DNA from: Dickeya dadantii NCPPB 898
Lineage (GTDB): Bacteria; Pseudomonadota; Gammaproteobacteria; Enterobacterales; Enterobacteriaceae
DNA: 32,000 nt
NCBI RefSeq assembly: GCF_000406145.1
Contig: NZ_CM001976.1
Span: 3,883,177-3,915,176 of the forward strand
Reading direction: 5' to 3'
The notes under the pieces were generated by a model. It saw only the letters and a program-made list of their open reading frames with translations. It did no database searches and was not told the origin of the DNA. This document shows, in pieces, positions 26,911-32,000 of this stretch (positions are counted from its first letter, which is position 1; each line of letters opens with the position of its first letter). The position numbers and the translations under genes were made by a program.

Positions 26911-29900
26911 TCATTTGAGTGCGCCAAACACCCCCAACAGCGGGTGCCAGAACCATTCGTTATCTCTTTTACTCAGGCTGATTTCACCGAAGCGGTCACT
27001 GACCCACGCCAGCTCCCACTGTTTTTCCTCCGCCAGTTGCGAATAGCGTGCGGTACAGTCCATCTCCACCCAACCGCTGACGCCCTCGGCCAGCGTCAAC
27101 GTCACAGGCCGGATCGCCTCGCTGGCTTTCCAGCCGCTTGGGCCGTCGTCCGGCACCATAAAACGCGGCGCATCGCTTTCGTCGTCCAGCCACAGACAGT
27201 AACGTTGCTGTGGCTCCGACTGGCGAAACGGCGTGCGCCGTTGCAGTTCGCCGTTCCAGTGCAGCGGTTTGCGCCACCACAGCACCGCCGTCGCCTGCGA
27301 AGGCGACGTGCCTTTCGGCCCAAACAGTTTCCCTGCCAGCGCCGCATGTTCCAGCGTTACCAGCGTTAACGGTTTTTTGAATACCGGCGGCTGAATACGC
27401 GGCGCGGCGCTGATCGCGCGGTAGTCTTCCGGTTTAAGCAGTTGGTGCAGATCGTGGCTGGTCAACAGCCGATCGTTGGATTCAAAACCGGGACGGCAAA
27501 ACGCCACCGGTTCCCCTTTAAGCGCCCGCACGTTATGGCTCAGCAGATAAAAATTGGGCGACGTCGGCACAAACTCGTCACGCTGACGGTGGCGCAAAAT
27601 GCGCCCGGCCAGTTGGATTAATGAACGCATCGAGCTGGGTTCGGCGATGGCCCAGTCATAGTCATGGTCCCTGCCGACCTCAGCCACCGACGTCGCCAGC
27701 ACCACAAACAGATGATGCCGTTGCGGTTGCTGCTCGATGGCCTCGCGGATTTCCGTCACCTGCCACAGCGCGTCCGGGTGTTTGCGCATCAGCGCCGTAT
27801 CCAGCCGCGCTTCGATATGGGAACGCATCACCAGCGGGTGCTGGCTGTGATAGACGCAGTAGTGCACGCAGCAATCCGGCGGCGACGGCATCGCCATCAG
27901 CGCACGCGCCACCGCCGCCAGCGGGTTGATGTTCGCCATGCGAATCAGCCCCAGCGACACGGTTTTTCCCGATGGGTGAGTCTGGTGATGCTGCTCATGC
28001 AGGCTAAACAGCCGTTGATGCAGCGTCTGCGCCACCGCGCGGCACACCGCGTCGGCATCCGGCGCCGGGCTTACCACCGGCTCAATCTCCGCCCAGCGTA
28101 ACGTCAGTTCCTGCTGTTGCAGCTTGTCGATACGCCCGGCGACAAACGCCTGATGACGTTCGGAAAACGCTTGTGCATCGGCGAATGGCTGACACTGGCT
28201 GTCGAATTCATCAAACCAGCCGCAGCAAACATTCAGCGGCGTATCCGGCTCGCCGTACGCCTGCTGCCAGGCGGCGCGGCCATCCAGGTAAGCGTCGAAC
28301 AAGGCGCGGATCAGCGCCGGCGGCAGCGTGGCGGATGACAGCAGCACCCGCGAGCCGAGCATCCCCGCCCAGTTCACCAGCCGACACAGCGCGGGCAGGT
28401 CTTCCAGCCCGAAATCGTCCGGCTCGTCCAGCACCAGATCAGCGGTCAGCAGCCGCAGCATCGGCGCAATCTGGTGGCCGCCGCGCAGGCTTTCGGTGGC
28501 CGGCATCAGGTGATCAATGGTGGTGACCAGCACCGGCGCGCTCAGCAGTTGATGCAGCGTCGGCGATTTCTCCAGCCAGGTTTTCAGCCGACCGTCATCC
28601 AGCGAGCCCTGGTAGCTGACGTACTGATGTTCGGCAAACAGCGCCTCGGCGGATTCGCTGCCGGTCTGCGCGGCGCGTTCCGCCTGCTGGCGTCGTTCAT
28701 GCAGTTCCTGCACCGCCTGCGAGCCGATCAACACCGCCAGATCGTCCTCATCCAGCGTCAGGCGCTGACGCAGCGCGTCACCGGTTTGCAGCGTCAGGGT
28801 GCGCAGGCCGAGCGCCACGGAGAAGCGGCACCCGCGTGATTCATCCGCCAGCCCGTACATGATACGGGCGTTGGCCAGCGTCTTGCCGCGCCCGGTGGAC
28901 GCCATGTTGACGCCAAAGAAGCCGTGGCGAGCCGTCTGCTCACGAATGGCGCACACCTGATCAAACGCCTTGTCCTGCCAGCGGAAACGCGCATCGGCGC
29001 TGCGTTGACGAAAGCCTTTGTGCCGGGTGATGGCGGGCAGCGTATCGCGCAGGTGCGGCAAGCTGCGCCCCAGCAGCAATGCATTCTGCCCGACGCCGAC
29101 GCAGTGTTCGTCCAGTTGCTGCTTGAGCGTGCCGGTCTGACGGTCGGTATTGGCCCATACCGGATAACGCGGGTCTTGCCAGCCGCTGGTCGCCGGGGAG
29201 GATGAATAGTGGTGGTCCGCCAGCATCAGCACCAGCCGCGCCAGATGCGCCGTCAGGCGTTGATCCAAGTGACCGAAGGTCGGCAGCGACGGCAATTTCA
29301 GCGCACGGGCAGCGAACTTGCGCGCCTTTTCGCACCAGACGCGGCTTTGCAGCGGCGTACCGTGCGGGAACTGCCACACCTGTTCCCACTGCGTGTCGTC
29401 GCCATCAAAATTCAGGTGGTTGACGGCATTCCAGCGCGGTGAAAGCTGCCCGGTAAGCCAGCGTTCGGCGCACGCCAGATCGGGCGAAACGCTGTCGCCA
29501 TCTGGCTTTTCCCACGTCTGAAACAGCGGCAAACGGTGATGCGACACAATCAGCCAGCCCACCACCTGCGCCAGCGGCGGCAAATCGCGAAACGGCGACG
29601 CCCAGGACTCCGGATCATCCTGCTGCAACCGCGCCAGCAGCGCGGTGTCGTCATCCGGGCTGATGCCGCCGAGCGCCGTCAGCCAGCTGGTGTCATCTCG
29701 CTCGCCGACAAACTCCTGAAACAGCCGCAGCGACACCCACTCATGGCGATAAGGCTGACTGCGCGGCCCGTCGCCCTGCAAACCGGCCTGAAATAATCCA
29801 TTGGCCTTGCCGATGTCATGAAACAGGCCGGCAATCGCCGCCAGCAGGCTGAAAGCTTCGGCGCTATGCCACGGGTTTTCATCGTTGCTGCGCAGAATAT

Positions 29901-30186
29901 CGCGTTCGGTACGATTGGTCGGGACGCTGCCCTGCCGGTTGAAACGCCGCAGATTGCCGACAATCCACAGCAGTTCGGTGTGGTTGGCGCTGCGAATCCA
30001 GTGACAGGCGACGGCGGTGTTGCGTCGCGCGGTTTTACGCAGCAACTGGCGTAGCGTTTTCAGCCCTTCTTCGGTGATGGCGGTCTGCCAGGTGCGTTCC
30101 CCCTTGCGTTCGGCGAACTGATCCAGCACCCGGCGGGTTTCTACCAGCGCCCGCTTGTTGCATTCGGAAATCAGCAGGATGTTCAT
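26911..30186 (-). CDS. cas3f: Cas2/3 fusion (Cas2 domain + HD nuclease + SF2 helicase), type I-F signature protein
   Basis: 1091 aa. N-terminal Cas2-like MNILLISECNKRALVETRRVLDQF, HD motif LFHDIGK, helicase motifs (GRGKT, LDEPD). ATGA overlap with the cas1 stop. Confidence 0.95.
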   Translation of the reverse strand: MNILLISECNKRALVETRRVLDQFAERKGERTWQTAITEEGLKTLRQLLRKTARRNTAVACHWIRSANHTELLWIVGNLRRFNRQGSVPTNRTERDILRSNDENPWHSAEAFSLLAAIAGLFHDIGKANGLFQAGLQGDGPRSQPYRHEWVSLRLFQEFVGERDDTSWLTALGGISPDDDTALLARLQQDDPESWASPFRDLPPLAQVVGWLIVSHHRLPLFQTWEKPDGDSVSPDLACAERWLTGQLSPRWNAVNHLNFDGDDTQWEQVWQFPHGTPLQSRVWCEKARKFAARALKLPSLPTFGHLDQRLTAHLARLVLMLADHHYSSSPATSGWQDPRYPVWANTDRQTGTLKQQLDEHCVGVGQNALLLGRSLPHLRDTLPAITRHKGFRQRSADARFRWQDKAFDQVCAIREQTARHGFFGVNMASTGRGKTLANARIMYGLADESRGCRFSVALGLRTLTLQTGDALRQRLTLDEDDLAVLIGSQAVQELHERRQQAERAAQTGSESAEALFAEHQYVSYQGSLDDGRLKTWLEKSPTLHQLLSAPVLVTTIDHLMPATESLRGGHQIAPMLRLLTADLVLDEPDDFGLEDLPALCRLVNWAGMLGSRVLLSSATLPPALIRALFDAYLDGRAAWQQAYGEPDTPLNVCCGWFDEFDSQCQPFADAQAFSERHQAFVAGRIDKLQQQELTLRWAEIEPVVSPAPDADAVCRAVAQTLHQRLFSLHEQHHQTHPSGKTVSLGLIRMANINPLAAVARALMAMPSPPDCCVHYCVYHSQHPLVMRSHIEARLDTALMRKHPDALWQVTEIREAIEQQPQRHHLFVVLATSVAEVGRDHDYDWAIAEPSSMRSLIQLAGRILRHRQRDEFVPTSPNFYLLSHNVRALKGEPVAFCRPGFESNDRLLTSHDLHQLLKPEDYRAISAAPRIQPPVFKKPLTLVTLEHAALAGKLFGPKGTSPSQATAVLWWRKPLHWNGELQRRTPFRQSEPQQRYCLWLDDESDAPRFMVPDDGPSGWKASEAIRPVTLTLAEGVSGWVEMDCTARYSQLAEEKQWELAWVSDRFGEISLSKRDNEWFWHPLLGVFGALK

Positions 30187-31184
30187 CGCGCCACCTGGCT
30201 GCCGGTTTTCGCCACCTGGCTGCGCTGCTGCGCCACCTGTTGCAGGCTGTCGATCATCACATCCAGCGCCTCAGCCTGACGAAACGCCGTCAGGCAGCGC
30301 TGACGGAAATCCTGCTCCTCTTCGCCTTCCATCGCGGCGATAAACGCCTGTGGCAGAATCAGCGCGTCTTTAATCAGGTCGGCCACATCGAACACCAACC
30401 CGCCGCGCCGGGTTTTGCCGTGCAGCACCGCCAGCCCATGCGGCAGCCCCAACACCCACAGCGCCACCGCCGCCACCCCGTAGGCCAGATAGTTGCCGTG
30501 ATCGAGAAAACGGTTCGCCAGATCGGTGCCGCCGCCGCGTTTGGCGCGGGTAAACTCGCCGTAACTCACCGCGTTGGCCGCCAGCCGGTATAGCGCTTTG
30601 GTCATCATCGCTTCCTGCACCAGCACATCGTTGCTGGTGCGGCAACCGCTCAGCCCTTGCTGATAGCGGTTAAGCAACGCTTCCACCTGTTCCGGTTTGA
30701 TGGCGAAACGCGATTCGCGCGCCAGCCGCCCTTCCAGCCAGTGCTGACGAATCTGCCCGATGCGCACCTGCTGAAAGGCAATCGCCGCCGCCAGCCGCTG
30801 TTCTTCGTCAAACCAGAAGCTGACCCAATCCTGCAAATATTCGGTGGGGCGGTATTCGCTCTGCGGCGACAGCCACGACACCGCCACTTCGGCCTCATTA
30901 GCGGCGAACAATGGCGTACCGCCACCGCCGCAAAACCCGACCATCACCCCGGCGCGGGCAAATTCCCGCATCGCCGCCTGCGTTACCGAGGTGCCGGTGC
31001 CGAGCATCACCACGCTGGTATTAGCAATCGGGATATTCCAGTACAGCGACTGATTCCCTTCTTCGGTGACATATTCCACCCGTCCGCCATTCACCAAAAT
31101 ACGGCAATGCTGGAGGTAATAAATATTGGCGCGTTTGGAATGCAGAATGGTTTTTAAATCCGACGGGCTGAATACGTTATCCAT
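30183..31184 (-). CDS. cas1: Cas1 integrase, type I-F
   Basis: ILHSKRANIYYLQHCRILVNGGRVEYV...GTSVTQAAMREFARAGVMVGFCGGGG...LDHGNYLAYG is colinear with I-F Cas1. Confidence 0.95.
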   Translation of the reverse strand: MDNVFSPSDLKTILHSKRANIYYLQHCRILVNGGRVEYVTEEGNQSLYWNIPIANTSVVMLGTGTSVTQAAMREFARAGVMVGFCGGGGTPLFAANEAEVAVSWLSPQSEYRPTEYLQDWVSFWFDEEQRLAAAIAFQQVRIGQIRQHWLEGRLARESRFAIKPEQVEALLNRYQQGLSGCRTSNDVLVQEAMMTKALYRLAANAVSYGEFTRAKRGGGTDLANRFLDHGNYLAYGVAAVALWVLGLPHGLAVLHGKTRRGGLVFDVADLIKDALILPQAFIAAMEGEEEQDFRQRCLTAFRQAEALDVMIDSLQQVAQQRSQVAKTGSQVAR

Positions 31185-31265
31185 AAAACAGACTCCCTGC
31201 CGTAGCGATAGACAAACACCACCCGCGCAATAAAACGCAGGCTAATAATTAATTGAAAAATACGG

Positions 31266-31400
31266 ATACCCTAAATAATTCGAGTTGCAGCAAGGCGGCG
31301 ACGCAGCGAATCCTCGGGAGCTTACTCAAGTAAGTGACCGGGGTGAGCGAGGAAAGCCAACGCACCTGCAACTTGAAGAACTTGAAGTATGACGGGTATA
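31266..31400. repeat. ERIC (enterobacterial repetitive intergenic consensus / IRU) element
   Basis: ATACCCTAAATAATTCGAGTTGCAG...GGAGCTTACTCAAGTAAGTGACCGGGGTGAGCGAGGAAAGCCAACGCACCTGCAACTTGAAG...TATGACGGGTATA matches the ERIC consensus as I recall it, including the terminal inverted repeats. It carries a small internal CTTGAAG duplication. Confidence 0.85.
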
Positions 31401-31615
31401 ATCAACTGGAAAGTAACGAAAATCAGCCTATCACAGCCCAAACAGGAAAGTGAATGACGCCCGAAATACTTTTCCCGCCGCCATACCCTTTTTTTCAACC
31501 GTCTTTTTCGGCATTTAAAAATCAATAAGTTACAGGTAGCCGAGAAAAAAGGGTCTAACGGTGAAAATCGCCAATTGCGGGTCAGAATACAAAGGGTTAG
31601 AGTCAATTCGTTACG
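31401..31615 (+). promoter_or_regulatory. CRISPR3 leader
   Basis: AAAAAAGGGT at 31545-31554, about 61 nt before repeat 1. IHF-like AATCAATAAGTTA at 31520-31532, in the opposite relative orientation to the other two leaders. GTTACG junction. Confidence 0.6.
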
Positions 31616-32000
31616 GTTCACTGCCGAGTAGGCAGCTTAGAAAGTGGCAATGCAGCAGCGGATCAGCGCCGGGTGGTTCACTGCCGAGTAGGCAGCTTAG
31701 AAAGCACCACCACCGGGGTCTTTAGGTAATACAACGTTCACTGCCGAGTAGGCAGCTTAGAAATGGCGGGCCATCTGCCAGTTGGTTGTTGAGATGTTCA
31801 CTGCCGAGTAGGCAGCTTAGAAACGCGGCGGTGCCTACTGTGGCATTGGCATGTGGTTCACTGCCGAGTAGGCAGCTTAGAAATGCATTATGAAGCGTGC
31901 CGTGATTCAGTGCTGGTTCACTGCCGAGTAGGCAGCTTAGAAAGGAGGGGCAAACAGTTAACATCCTCTCAGATGGTTCACTGCCGAGTAGGCAGCTTAG
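31616..32000 (+). CRISPR. CRISPR3: type I-F array upstream of and divergent from cas1; runs off the window
   Basis: Perfect 60-bp periodicity. Repeats GTTCACTGCCGAGTAGGCAGCTTAGAAA start at 31616, 31676, 31736, 31796, 31856, 31916 and 31976 (the last truncated by the window edge). Six 32-nt spacers are visible. Confidence 0.95.

Noticed and set aside
30187-30245. Short direct repeats (CGCCACCTGGCTGC twice plus a variant) at the 3' end of cas1, encoding a QVA-repeat C-terminal tail.
   Set aside because: They lie inside a well-supported CDS and just produce a short low-complexity tail. No independent signal of function.
22647-31184. Possibility of a CRISPR-associated transposon (I-F3) or other non-canonical I-F variant.
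   Set aside because: cas1 and a full-length cas2/3 with HD and helicase motifs are present. No tnsABC/tniQ or transposon ends are visible. This is a canonical I-F1 gene set.

Overview
This looks like an Enterobacterales chromosome segment. The GC content, an ERIC element and the dusA-pspG-qor-dnaB-alr-tyrB backbone suggest Pectobacteriaceae or Dickeya, but the taxon is inference only.

Left to right the window contains:
- A minus-strand ABC uptake operon (two permeases, an alkaline-phosphatase-family phosphodiesterase, a periplasmic binding protein) with a divergent GntR/UTRA regulator.
- A RES-Xre type II toxin-antitoxin pair.
- A low-GC islet encoding a membrane-anchored protein with nine 43-aa TPR-like repeats.
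- The conserved backbone dusA, pspG, qor, dnaB and alr, with an orphan cytochrome P450 inserted between pspG and qor.
- A BhsA-like gene and pheC.
- A complete type I-F CRISPR-Cas locus (cas1, cas2/3, csy1-3, cas6f on the minus strand) with three arrays.

Three observations stand out:
1. The 406-bp, roughly 40% GC gap between cas2/3 and csy1 holds a degenerate two-repeat mini-CRISPR on the strand opposite the cas genes. Its pseudo-spacer partially matches two CC-PAM-flanked, TATA-rich sites 20-60 bp upstream. Mismatches fall at positions 6, 12 and 24. This is the signature of a CreA/CreR-type guide that makes Cascade repress rather than cleave. Small ORFs next to it are candidate repressed cargo.
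2. CRISPR1 and CRISPR2 end in the same trailer module: penultimate repeat variant, diverged last spacer, degenerate terminal repeat and about 300 bp of hairpin-rich non-coding sequence. The two modules are inverted and bracket aroP, an Lrp-family gene, a YitT-family gene and tyrB.
3. An ERIC element sits between cas1 and the CRISPR3 leader.

All calls come from reading the sequence and recalling protein families. No database search was run.
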